A stretch of DNA of 64,000 nucleotides from Camelus ferus. Lineage: Eukaryota. The stretch lies in contig NC_045696.1 in NCBI RefSeq assembly GCF_009834535.1, positions 71,426,001 through 71,490,000 of the forward strand, written 5' to 3'. Numbering within the stretch: the stretch's first letter is position 1; each line of letters begins with the position of its first letter. Under the pieces are notes generated by a model. The model was not told the DNA's origin. It worked only from the letters and a program-made list of their open reading frames with translations, and did not search any database. This document shows, one piece after another, positions 13,470-24,999 of this stretch. A program made the translations under genes and the position numbers.

Positions 13470-14720
13470 CTTGGGATGCCAAGACAATTTAAAGGGGAAA
13501 CAGATTTTTCAACAAATGTTGCTGGGCCAACTGGGTACCTACATACAAAAGAATGAAGTTTGGCCTCCTGTCTCACACCATATACAAAGGCTAACTCAAA
13601 ATGGACAAAGACCTAAATGTAAGAGCTAAACTAGAAAACTCTTCGAAGAAAACATAGGCTTAAATTTTGTAACTATGGATTAGGTAATGTTTCTTAGCTG
13701 TGACACCAAAAGCATAAGCAATAAAAGAGAGAAGAATAGGTAAACTGGACTTAATCAAAATTAAAGTTTTGTGGTTTCAAAGTGAAAAGACAACCCAGAG
13801 AGCGGAAGAAAATTTTTGCAAATCTGATGAAACTTTTTATCTAGAATATATAAAGAACTCCTACAACTCAATAATAAAAAGACAATAAATAATTCAACTA
13901 AATAATGAGCAAAGGATTTGAATACACATTTCTCCAAAGAGGAAATACAAATAGCCAGTAAGTACATGAAAAGATGCTGAATATCACCAGCTGTCAGGTA
14001 AACACAAATCAAAACCACAATGAGATAACACTCCACACCCATCACAATGGCTATAACAACAACAAAAATGGACAAGAACAAGTTCAGCAAGGATGTGGAA
14101 AAACTGGAACCCCTCATATTGCTGGGGCAGGGAGAGGGGGTATCTAAAATGGTGCAGTGTATTGGGAAAACAGTCTGGCAGGTCTTCAAAATGTTAAACG
14201 TAGTTACTATATGATACAGCAATTCCTTCCTAGGTATATAGCTAAGAAAAATGAAAACATACGATTTACAAAAACTTGTACATAAATGTTCACTGCAGCA
14301 TTAATCATTATAGTCAAAAGGGGGAAATTACCCAAAAGTCCATCAATTGATGAATGGATAAACAAAATGTGGTATATCCATAACACTGACTTATCATTCA
14401 GCTATAAAAAGGAATGAAGTACTGATATATGCTACAACGTGGATGAACCTTGAAAATATTGTATTAAATATAAATACTGTGGCAGAAGCAGCCAGTCACA
14501 AGAAAGTAGATTAGCAGTTACCTAAGATGGGGGGAGGGAGGAAGGGAATGGGGAGTGACCACTATTGGGTACTGAGTTTCTTTTTGGATTAAAAAAAAAT
14601 TCAAGAATTATATAGTGGTGATGGTTGCACAACTTTGAGAATATGACAAAACCCACTGAACTGTACACTTTAACCTGGTGAATTTTATGGTATGTGAATT
14701 AATTTCAATTTTTTAAAAAA
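13470..14720 (+). mobile_element. LINE-1 3' fragment
   Basis: L1 ORF2 end motifs (ctcacaccatatacaaa, aaaaccacaatgagata) and 3' UTR ending in A run. Confidence 0.88.
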
Positions 14721-14818
14721 GAGCAATATGGTCCCAACATTAAGTGTGCCTGCTGAATATTAGCTTTTCACTACTTTTATGCCCCAATATGATTTTCTAC
14801 TATCATGCTACTTCTCAC

Positions 14819-14995
14819 CTGTTGGGCAGGACCATTTGCTGAGAGGGCCACAGCTGGGGAAGTGGCAGTTGTGATAACCCCTCCTGCTACTCTCAGCATT
14901 GTGGTTCCAGGCTTTGAGAGCTGTGAGGTGGCTGGCACAGACTTTAATGTGCTATCAGATATTTTCATCAGAGATGCCTGTCCCCCAGCGGCTGC
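14819..14995 (-). CDS. YEATS2: YEATS2 coding exon (AAAGGQASLMKISDSTLKSVPATSQLSKPG...ALSANGPAQQ)
   Basis: acceptor tctgcag|GCA, donor CAG|gtgaga; 177 nt, phase 0-0. Confidence 0.96.
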
Positions 14996-15569
14996 CTGCA
15001 GAAACAAAATGGGTTGGAGTAATAATGTTACCCAGGCTAATAAGCAAAATTCATTACTTACCTATATATGCCCCCCAAACAGAGCATCCCCCAAAACAGT
15101 CTTGCTAAATGAAACTATATGAAGTATTTGTGCACTTTCCAACAAGCTCTCAAGTTTATGACTTTTTAATACAAATGTTCCTTTACCCATGATGTAGAAT
15201 AAGCTAATGAATGCATTTGCAAGTCACTATTTGGCAGTTATGTCTTCAAAGATACCAAGCATTTGTTATTACAATAACTGAGTCCAAAGTGCTTTTAAAT
15301 GTACACATAATCTTTAGACATGAAAACCTAACCAAGGGCCAGATTTAAATGGTAAGTTAATGGTGCTTTAGGCTAGTAGTACAGGTTTAGCATTTTAGTA
15401 CCAGAGAACCATTTAACAAATTATATTTTAGTGGTCTAAGTCAAGGCACAGCAAACTTTTTCTGTAAATGGCACGAGTAAGCATTTTTGGCTTTGCAGGC
15501 TGGCACTCTATTGCATGAGAAGTCACGATTAGAATCCAGTAGAAGCCATGGCATTAATTTGTATTGGTG

Positions 15570-17150
15570 TCTCATGCAAATTAAAACCACAATGAGGTAT
15601 CACTTCATACTCACAAACATGGTTAGAATTAAAAAGAATGATGACCCTCCACGTTGGTAAGGATATACAGTAACTGGAACTCTCCCACATTACTTAAGGG
15701 AGAATCAATGGTACCACCACTTAGCAAAATCATTTGTCAGTTTCTTATAAAGTTGCTTATAAACATACACTTACCCTATGACCTAGCTATTCTACTGTAC
15801 AATTTATACAAGAATGTTCATAACAGCATCTTTCATAAGTCGAAAAACTGAAATCCCCAAGTGTCCATCAAAAGAATAGTCATACAACAAAACATTACTC
15901 AAGAATAAAAAAGAATAAACAATTGATACACATACGGAAAAATCTCAAAAACATGTTCAACAACAGAAGTTAACATAAAAGGTTATATACTATATAATTT
16001 TATTGATAGAGACCTAGAACAGACAAAAGCTAATCTTGGTTACAGAAACAGAAAAATGGTGACAGAAAAAAACTGGAAAGAGAAATGAAGGTATGTTTTA
16101 GAGTGATGGAAATGTTCTATACCTTGACTGGGATAGTGCTTGCATGAGCATATATATTTGTCAAGACTCATTGAGCAATCCACTTCTAATCTGTGCATTA
16201 TTCTATATAAATTTTACCTTAAAAGGCAACAGTAAATGTCTCAGCTATGGCAGCACAGAAAGTAAGTCACTGCTCTGGCTGCAACATAAGTAGGTTGGGA
16301 ATATTGGCTAAGATTTTAAAGAACTACCTAAAGAATTGTGAGGCCTTATACCTGTTTGAAATAGCTAAGAGCATTTGACCAAGGGGAAATTCGTACTGAA
16401 GGAAACCAAATGCTGGTTAATTTGAAAAGATCAATAAAAACTGATAAACCTCTAGCTAGGCTGATCAAGGAAAAAAGAGAAGACACATAATTACCAAAAT
16501 CAAGGATGAAAAAGGGGACATCACTAAAGATTCTACAGACATTAAAAGGGAATATTAATAATTAATAAGAGAAAATTATGTATAAGTTTATGCCAAGAAA
16601 TTTGACTTACCTGTAATGAACATATTCCTTCAAAGATATGAACTACCAAATCTCCCTCAAGACAAAATAAATAACCTGAATAGTCCTGTATCTATGAAAT
16701 AAATTGAAACTGTAATTAAAGACCTTCCCAATTAGGAAAACTCCAGGCCATTATGGCTTCACTGGTGTTCTCTAAATAGTTAAGGAAGAAATAATACCAA
16801 GTCGACATAAACTCTTTTCAAAAAAGTGAAGATGGAAAAGTTTCCAATTCATTTTGAGGCCAGAATTACTCTGATACCAAAACCAGACAGAAATTACAAA
16901 GAAAACTACTGACCATATAATATCCCTTGCAAAAATTCTAAACAAAATTTTACCAAATTAAATCCAATAATACATTAAAAGAGAATAACATATCACAACC
17001 AAATAAGAGTTTATTCCAGGAATGCAGGGTTGGTTTAACATTTTAAAAATTCAATGTAATTCACCATATTAACCAAAAAAAATACCGTATGATCCTCTCA
17101 ACAGACACAGAAAAAGCTTTAGACAAAAATCTAATATTCACTCATGTTTT
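15570..17150 (+). mobile_element. Old LINE-1 fragments (3' UTR about 15570-16220; ORF2 about 16410-17150)
   Basis: atgcaaattaaaaccacaatgag, gatacccaaaaccagac-like and tttattccaggaatgcagggttggtttaaca motifs. Confidence 0.8.
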
Positions 17151-17788
17151 GAGAACTGCTGATCTACATATAGCCATAAAAAGTGTAGTTTGTTGATAAC
17201 GGTATCATACTATCTTAACCTTCTATACCTTGTTTGTTTCATTTGGCAAGTTTTTGAGATTTAGCTATAGATTCTCCTAAAGATGATTATGATATTCTTC
17301 ACAACCTAGTTGAAATTCCCCATCATTATTCTTTGGCTTATACTAAAGAAGCTGTAGAAATAGTAAACATTTACTTAGTATATGGATACTGTGACTGAAA
17401 TCACCTATTACATTATTCAGAATCTCCTATATGAAGTCCCTCCAGAGACTTTTTAGAATGAAGTGTCAAGAAAATCTTTGTTTCTCCTAAGAAAATATTA
17501 TGCAGTTATTTTTTTTCCTCTCACAAATAGTACAAATTTTATAAATGATCATTCTTCTCATTTTGCTTTGGCAAATTTTATTAAATATATAGGGCATTAC
17601 TGTTTGCACACCTAAATAACTTTCTGGTCTTAACTTCTCATTCTACTTGTATTTTCCCAAATCTTAAGATTTTATTCTTATTTTTCTATACTATTTTATT
17701 GCTTATTTTCTTATGTAACCATAATTTCTTTTTGGAAAGAGATAAGCTATAAATATTTAAATAATGCCATAACTACCACATACTTGGG

Positions 17789-17808
17789 TGTGTGTGTGTG
17801 TGTGTGTG
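17789..17808. repeat. (TG)10 microsatellite next to an exon donor
   Basis: dinucleotide run about 15 nt from the donor at 17822-17823. Confidence 0.9.
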
Positions 17809-17823
17809 TTTGTATGTATTTAC

Positions 17824-17982
17824 CTGGGTAAACAAAGTAGTTTTTTGTCCAGATATGACTTTTAATGTTTGCTGTCCTTGTCCAGATGACGTGCCGACTC
17901 CCAGTGCTCCTTGGACCACTGACCCCGTAGTCACCTGTTTTCCAGATGTTTGGGGTGATGGCTGGCCAACTAAAAAAGTGCC
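17824..17982 (-). CDS. YEATS2: YEATS2 coding exon (GTFLVGQPSPQTSGKQVTTGSVVQG...KVISGQKTTLFTQ)
   Basis: acceptor taacttag|GGC, donor CAG|gtaaat; 159 nt, phase 0-0. Confidence 0.95.
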
Positions 17983-18765
17983 CTAAGTTACAAACAAAGA
18001 CCTAATTAGTAGTTTGTTAAGTTCAAATGACTTGTTCTGATCCTCTAAATCACAAGGTCCCATATTACATGTTAAAATCCTCCCCTTCAACTCTGCAACT
18101 CAATGAAAATAATGGAAGAGAACAGCTCTGCTCTTAGTGTCACTACTCATAGTTATACCCCCACTTCTCAAACTTTGCACTGTTGTTACAGAGCAGGCTG
18201 TTAGAAACTCAAATTTTACAATCTAGTCCTCATAGCTGGATTTAATCTTTCAGACTGATAACTATCCACTCTTCTCACTAAGAACATCTGGAACCAAAAT
18301 TCCATTACCTTCCTTAGAAAGGAGCTAAGACTCTAGCGACCAGGGGAAAGAAGGCAGAAACCTGTTCCTAACCTTGAATCCAACCTACCTCCAAATACCA
18401 TAACTTGATACTATCTCTGTGGTTACTTCTGTCTAGGAGGAAACTTTCACCAGCACATTAACACTATTTCAAATCCATGAAAGGCAACAGCATAGCAAAA
18501 ATCTCTCAGAAAGATCTGTTTAAAAAACCCTATCACTAGCTTAGCAGAGAAATCTTTGATGAGTTACGTAAGTCTTTCTGAATCTCCAGTCTCCTTGCTT
18601 TTCTCTCAAAACAAAGCAAGGCCAGAATAATACAGATTTCTAACATGGTTCAAATGTTAGTACTGACCCCCTGATCCTAGAGATGTAAAGGTAAATCCAC
18701 CATAATTCAAGGCAGTTATTAAATAACTAAATGATTTAAACGATACCAGTCACAAATGACCAGAC

Positions 18766-18938
18766 CTGAGGGGTCTGCTTGAGGATGTAAGATGTGTATG
18801 TCAGGTGCTGGGATATCCCCCCAGGGCCAGCAGGGCTTTGGGCTCCTCCTGTTCCTCCTCCTCCTCCACTGCCACCACCACTGCCGCCACCACCACCACT
18901 GCCTCCTCCACCACTGGCAGCTGAACCAGACTGGAGGT
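18766..18938 (-). CDS. YEATS2: YEATS2 coding exon, Gly-rich (LQSGSAASGGGGSGGGGGSGGGSGGGGGTGGAQSPAGPGGISQHLTYTSYILKQTPQ)
   Basis: acceptor ttttcag|AC, donor CAG|gtctgg; 173 nt, phase 1-0. Confidence 0.95.
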
Positions 18939-19588
18939 CTGAAAATACAACGAATGACAGCACCATCATTAAAAGTATTAAGACTTAACTGAAAAGACAG
19001 ATGAGTCCAGAGAGATGTTTCCTTCACAGCACCATCCCTTCCCTTTCTTTTCCTCCTTTTTTGTACTACACCTGGTTTGTGACTGAGAGAGGACTTCCTA
19101 GTGCCGAAGACTGAAATGTATTTACTTTCGACTAAATGACAGTTGACTAGTTCAGCTCTGAGTACTATAATGAAGAACTTATCTTTGACAAGTGTTTTGG
19201 CTTAACTGTAGGACATCAAGAGAGAGTCGATACATTTTCTAATCAAGTGTTGATTTTAATCAACATTTAAAATGCTCAGAGAAATGCTCCCAAACTTTTT
19301 GGCATCTGATTCAATTTCACTGAAACTACTGAATTTAGAGTAATCTTACAGTACTCTCTCTTTTCTGTCTCCCTGTGCTCTGGAAAAAACTAAGACTTTC
19401 TTCGTATTTATATTAACTCCAGGGTCCCATTCTTCTTCACTTTTCAAATTCCACTTTAAAACCTTTGGACCCTTCCTTTGCTTTTTTGGTGACATACATA
19501 AACTAAAATCTAAGTAGCTCTCTGGATGAATTTTGGAATACTTATATTGTCTTTGTCTTACATACCTAAATTTCTGGCACACCACTGC

Positions 19589-20711
19589 TCAGGTATGAGG
19601 AAAAAATACCTGAGGGAAAGTGTGGAAATCACCCATTATAGTCCGTAAACAACATGGTGACTAGCTTTTGAAACAGAGTCCCTGTAAAACCAAGTTCCCC
19701 TGCCAAGTTTTAGCAATCTCTCTATCCAAAACTTTATTCCCTTTCCTGTCCCCTCTGACCTGTACTAAATGAACATTAGTCAACCAGAGTCAGATGACTA
19801 AAATTGCTGTTGTTTACATTAATGTACTAAAACTGCTATTGTCGATAACATTGCTATTGTTTCTCCAAGGCAAGATGAGCTAAACAGACCCTTGAACCAT
19901 GGACCACACCTGGTCAGAGAATCATAAACCAGAGACATCCTGACTCCTGAAACTATGATTAAGAAATGTCACAGGATGATGACTAATCCTAGTTTCTTTG
20001 TTCTTCCCCTTCAAAATACCCCTAACTGAAAGACCAAGCTGGAGTTGATCTGAGGCTTATCTCCCACTCCCTTGCTTCGTGTCCTGCAATAAACCCTTAC
20101 TTTGCTGCAAACTCCCACTGTCAGAAATTGGCCCAAGACATAGAGACAACCTAAATGTCCATCGACAGGTAACTGGATAAAAAAGCTGTGGTATATTTAT
20201 ACAATGGAATACTACTCAGCCATAGAATAATGCCATTTGCAGCAACATGGATGTCCCTGGAGAATGTCATTTTAAGTGAAGTAAGCCAGAAAGAGAAAGA
20301 AAAATACCGTATGATTATCACTCATAGGTGGAATCTTAAAAAAAAAAAGACAAATGAACTTATATATAAAATAGAAAGAGACTCACAGACATAGAATACA
20401 GATTTGTGGTTGCCAGCGGGCAGAGGGGTGGGAAAGGATAAATTGGGAGTTCAAGATTTGCAGATACTGACTGGTATATATAAAATAGATAAACAAGTTT
20501 ATACTGTATAGCACAGGGAAATACATTCAATAACTTGTAGTAGGTCACAGTGAAAAAGAATGTATATGTATATTCAAGTATGACTGAAGAATTGTGCTGT
20601 ATACCAGAAACTGACACAACATTGTAAACTGACTATATCTCAATAAAAAAAAAAAAAAAGAAAGAAATTGGCTTTCTGTTCCATGGGCACATGAGCCCTT
20701 GTTCAGTTACA
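19589..20711 (+). mobile_element. Probable solo ERV LTR interrupted by L1
   Basis: LTR-like sequence with polyA signal aataaa near 20088 and end ...cttgttcagttaca; continues across the L1 TSD; 5' boundary uncertain. Confidence 0.55.
20133..20662 (+). mobile_element. Young L1 3'-end insertion inside an LTR
   Basis: L1 tail motifs, ORF 20188..20394 IMPFAATWMSLENVILSEVSQ, polyA; TSD agaaattggc at 20123-20132 and 20663-20672. Confidence 0.88.
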
Positions 20712-20747
20712 ACTGCAACTGTGTTTTGGCAAGAGTGGCTAATTTCT

Positions 20748-20838
20748 TTTTTTTTTTTAATTTTATTTTATTGAGTTATAGTCAGTTTACAATGTTGTGT
20801 CGATTTCTAGTGCACAGCACATTTTTTCAGTCATACAT
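20748..20838 (-). mobile_element. 91-bp extreme 3' tail of L1
   Basis: polyT plus L1 tail; perfect 17-bp TSD aagagtggctaatttct at 20731-20747 and 20839-20855. Confidence 0.88.
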
Positions 20839-21462
20839 AAGAGTGGCTAATTTCTAATGAACCTGACTGCTGTATCAATTATACTCCTGATTCAGATGGA
20901 AATAATTCCTCTTACCCTTTCCTTTTCAACACTACCCAAACTGTTTCTGTCTATATGTCAAAGCAAAAGTTTGGATAAGTCTAGATAAACCACCTAATTT
21001 CCTTGGGGCTTTAAATACACTACACGAAGGCTGAGCATATATTTCTCTTGCCATCTTCAAACCTAGCAAATGAAAGACGCACATCTAAATAATGGCAAGC
21101 AGAGACACTTGATTCCAACCCTATTCCCATCTCCTTCAAAATAAAAATAGGCATCCAGCCACCTTCTCCCCAGGTGTCCCCAGTTTCCACTGAAACGCAG
21201 AACTCCTTTTTATTTCCAGCTCACACAGACAGCTTTCTCCCAACACAGCCTCAAAAGCCACACCTCTCCTAAGACTATGATAATTTAACTAGAAGTGGTT
21301 TTAAATAATGTGTATGTTTTAAATCCATTTGGGCAAATGCTACCATTATACCATGAAATATCTATGAAAATGCTTCCTGAAACAGGTAAGAACTGCCCAT
21401 CAGGTGGAAGAGATGAACATACCCAGAGACCCAAGAACCAAAAGATTTAATGATGGACTAAC

Positions 21463-21624
21463 TAGCATTGTTGGTAGCCCGCAGAATGGCGCCTTGAGGG
21501 ATCAGCAGCAGTTTTCCTTTTCCTGAAGGGTTCTTGCTGTTTGTAGTAAGGTAGAGTTTAGTGCCAGGAGGCAAATTCGCCAGGTTGGCCAAATTAGTGG
21601 CTGGTAGCTGCAATGTTGCCATTA
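21463..21624 (-). CDS. YEATS2: YEATS2 coding exon (VMATLQLPATNLANLANLPPGTKLYLTTNSKNPSGKGKLLLIPQGAILRATNNA)
   Basis: acceptor cattttag|TA, donor GCTA|gttagt; 162 nt, phase 1-1. Confidence 0.95.
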
Positions 21625-21899
21625 CTAAAATGATAAAGGGAATAAAGGAAAAAATAAAGAAGAAGAAGAAAAACTGTAAGATAAGTTGAAACTGAGGGCA
21701 ATGCTATCTCTAAAATAAAACACACACAAAATAATAAAATACTTTTTCAAAAATACTAGCATATAATAGACTGTAAAGTTTGCTTCCTAGATGCACTAGG
21801 CTTTAAAGGCTGATACTCTAAATCACCTTGCTAATTTAAAATTTTACATACTAGAAGAACCTGCTACAAACTATGAAGAAATTTATATCTGTATATAAA

Positions 21900-22032
21900 T
21901 AGGATAACCATATGTCCTGGTTCGCCCCAAACAGTTACAATTTATACCTATGCCCCATTGTAATTATTAATAGTGACTCTTTTTACTCTCAAAAGGACTG
22001 TGGTTTAGACAATCAATGAAATAATCACCCTC
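21900..22032 (+). mobile_element. hAT-Blackjack MITE (MER94-like)
   Basis: degenerate TIRs taggataaccat / ataatcaccct, internal taattattaatagtgactctttttactctcaaaag. Confidence 0.65.
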
Positions 22033-23541
22033 TCTATGGATAAATACATGTTTCCCTCCCATTTATTTAAAGCTCCCTTTATGGTCAATTTCCAATAATC
22101 GATGAATCTACTGATTCAAAATAAGACTTCTAGCCTCCCTCACTTTCTAAGAACTAAAAAATGCTAGCATCAACAAGTGGCACATATACCATGAAACTGT
22201 AATTCATCTTTTAAGGTCTCACCTATGTCAAAGAGTATGTGCCCACCCCTTAGAATTTACTTCTCGATGCACATGGCTATAAAACCTCTAAACATGAGAA
22301 CTTTGTGCAGTTACTGTGAATTCAAATCTCCATGAAATGAAGCCTATTAGAACCACGTGAGTTGCCATGGACAGGACTCTCAGCCCCCTCCCACCTGCTG
22401 GACTATATGTGCATTATCTGTGCAAAGTTTTGGGAAGCAGGAAGCCTGGAAGCTGACCCCAGATATCAGGGACTCACACTAACCTGAGTGCCATCCCTTT
22501 CCATTATGACCAGAACTAATCCCACAGTACCCTACTGTGCATCGCAGCCACACCAGAAGTACAAACCTCTCTGCCACCCACTACTGGGAGTCCCATCTCC
22601 ACAAGGCTAACAGTCCCTGATCTGAACACACCTCCTCATCCCTTCCTCCTTCCCTCACTTTCACCACGCCCCCTAGGAATTCCTGCTGTGATCATTTCGC
22701 CCTCCAGAACCTCAACCTCCTTGAACACTATCTCTTTTTGTGGTAATTAAATCTGTTAGTCCTTTGAAGATAAGACTTTCCCAGTAGCCCCTTAGCTAGG
22801 GGCTATTTTCTATCTTACCTCAATATCTTAGGGCCAGGGCCAGGAGAGGAGCCTTCCTGCTCCCCAGTTTAGCTTTCAGACCATTATCACACCTCACTCC
22901 AGAAAAAAAGCCCTGGCTCTTTAGAGGCTCATATTTGGCTATACCATCCTACCCTCTCTTTTCTGCTCTCATTTACTGAACTCCCAAGCCACTTCCCCTC
23001 AGTTGATAAAGACAGACTCCTGACTCAAAGTCTTGCTCTCTATTCTAAAGACTGTCCTTCTCAGTGACAGCACTGTAGACAACTTATTTAATTCTCTGGC
23101 TTCTCAGCTGCTTGATCTTCCAAACTCCAAAGATCATTTCTTCCAATCCATCTCACATTTTTAATGCCACAAATGAACTTTGTCATCACCAGCAATTCTT
23201 GATCTCTGAAATATTTATTTTGGACATCTACTACCTTCGATCCTTCCAACTCACTGCAATAATTCTTCAGGTTCTTTAAAATTATTAAATATCTAATGGC
23301 TCAGGTATATTTTTTTCATGCCCTCGCCGAAACAGTACATCAAGGACTAAAATACAAAGTGTTTAAACTTTCATTTAGTAGAGAATGCATTAATCAAGTA
23401 TCTTAAAATGCTGCTGGCAAATGACCATACCAAGATTTTAAGTCATATATAATCCAAAACAGAAATGAGGACAAATGAGAATTCTTCAGACTTAAAAGGC
23501 AGTATTAAGAAGTACCTCTTATTTTTACTATTCTTTTTAAA

Positions 23542-23544
<3 letters not shown>

Positions 23545-23576
<32 letters not shown>
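23545..23576. repeat. (CA)16 microsatellite
   Basis: perfect dinucleotide run. Confidence 0.95.
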
Positions 23577-23579
<3 letters not shown>

Positions 23580-23766
23580 AAAGCAAAATCCTTACAGACC
23601 TCTATGTAAAACATTACATGAAAAAGATCAACATGTTTTTATATACTCCTTATAACGTCAACCTACTAGGTTTTCCTAGACAGAACCAACTAGCAAATAC
23701 AATCACTAGCACAGAGCATTCTGGAAGGGGCTGCTGCTAAAAGAGCCCCCAGTTAGTATCAGTTAC

Positions 23767-24025
23767 CTGAACCCTGGGACCCACTCTTCTGAGGGCCAGC
23801 AGCAGTGACCTGAGCCTTGGTTAAAGTCTGCACTGGCTGAGCGACAATTGTTCCTCCACCTCCACTCACAATTGCCTTGGCAACTCCTTGGGTCACAACT
23901 TGCTTTGGACCAACTGCTTTGGCGACAGATGAGCTGGCCTTGGCTACAAGGATCTGGCCACCACTGATGGCCACAGCCTGCTTCACTGTTGAAGGTAGAG
24001 TAGATCCAACTGGCACTCCAACAAC
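23767..24025 (-). CDS. YEATS2: YEATS2 coding exon (VVGVPVGSTLPSTVKQAVAISGG...GPQKSGSQGS)
   Basis: acceptor ttgaacag|GTT, donor TCAG|gtaact; 259 nt, phase 0-1. Confidence 0.96.
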
Positions 24026-24999
24026 CTGTTCAAAAAAGAAGAGAATCCAGCAGTGTTTCTTATCCCAGCCCTTTGAGAGCTCTTAAAACAGCATGGTCAC
24101 TCTGTTCCAGCAAAGAACAAAGTCCTAGATATAATATATTGAGTCTAATTCAATCATCTAGGAACACTACCCATGATAGATGTAAACAGCAATATTTCTT
24201 ACATTTCAGATACTATTACAATAAAAAGTTACAGCTTTTGTCTTAAACCCAGCTAGTATCTATAATTTATTTTAATGATAAAAAGTAGTATGTGTTTTTT
24301 ATAGAAGACTTAGGAAATAAAGAAATATAAAGAAAAAATTCTACTCATCCAGAAATAATTGCTTAATATTCTTAATGTAGTATTTATTCTTTTTTAATGT
24401 ACATTTTAAAACAAAGATTAGAATTATGCATAGTTTTGTAATTTTAAAAATAAAACATATTACAAGTATTTCCAATGTTAGCATTTTTTCAAAAACATTT
24501 TCAAATGACCAAAAAATAATGCAGTAAAATAGATATACCATAATCTATGTAAACATTTCACTACCGTATGGATATAGTAGGTAGTTTTAAACTTCAGATT
24601 ATGCAAAAGTATGCAATAAACACTCTCATACATGAACTATAAACTCTACCATACTTTTAAATACCACCCCTTCAGTAATCCCTTCTACATTATCCCCATT
24701 CAAAGCAATTATTTATCTCTAGAACTTCTAAGAATTCACACCACTTACTATATAGTATAACAAGTCACACCTCTTCCAACTGATTTTTAAGAAAAGTGAT
24801 CTTTTTCTATACCCTTCTAATCTCCCTTTTCTTGAAGGCAGACATTTGGTACAAAAAGAAAAAGTGAAAGTTAGAAGAATATTTAACTGAAATTTTAAAA
24901 ATCCTAGCACCCAAATTATGAAAGTTAGAAATATCTGGTTCTAAAAATACTGTAAAGTGAACTCTTTCAAGAAAAAAATTCTATGGAGCTCTTTTAAAA

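Noticed and set aside
13761..14222. 153-aa hydrophobic minus-strand ORF (also similar ORFs near 40940-41292 and 52799-55311)
   Set aside because: Antisense translation of L1 sequence, which typically yields such Phe/Leu/Ile-rich pseudo-ORFs.
15055..15064. Strong donor-like TAG|GTAAGT upstream of the exon at 14995 (similar at about 42004-42012)
   Set aside because: Would leave introns of only about 66-70 nt with no supported upstream exon.
16605..16613. Perfect CAG|GTAAGT donor on the gene strand inside antisense L1
   Set aside because: No convincing partner acceptor found; isolated consensus sites are expected by chance.
19346..19585. 79-aa sense-strand intronic ORF
   Set aside because: No recognisable homology, non-ATG start and no flanking splice signals.
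20916..21062. 147-nt pseudo-exon with acceptor tttgctag and donor AGG|gtaaga
   Set aside because: Contains an in-frame stop and has no additional supporting features; indistinguishable from background pseudo-exons.
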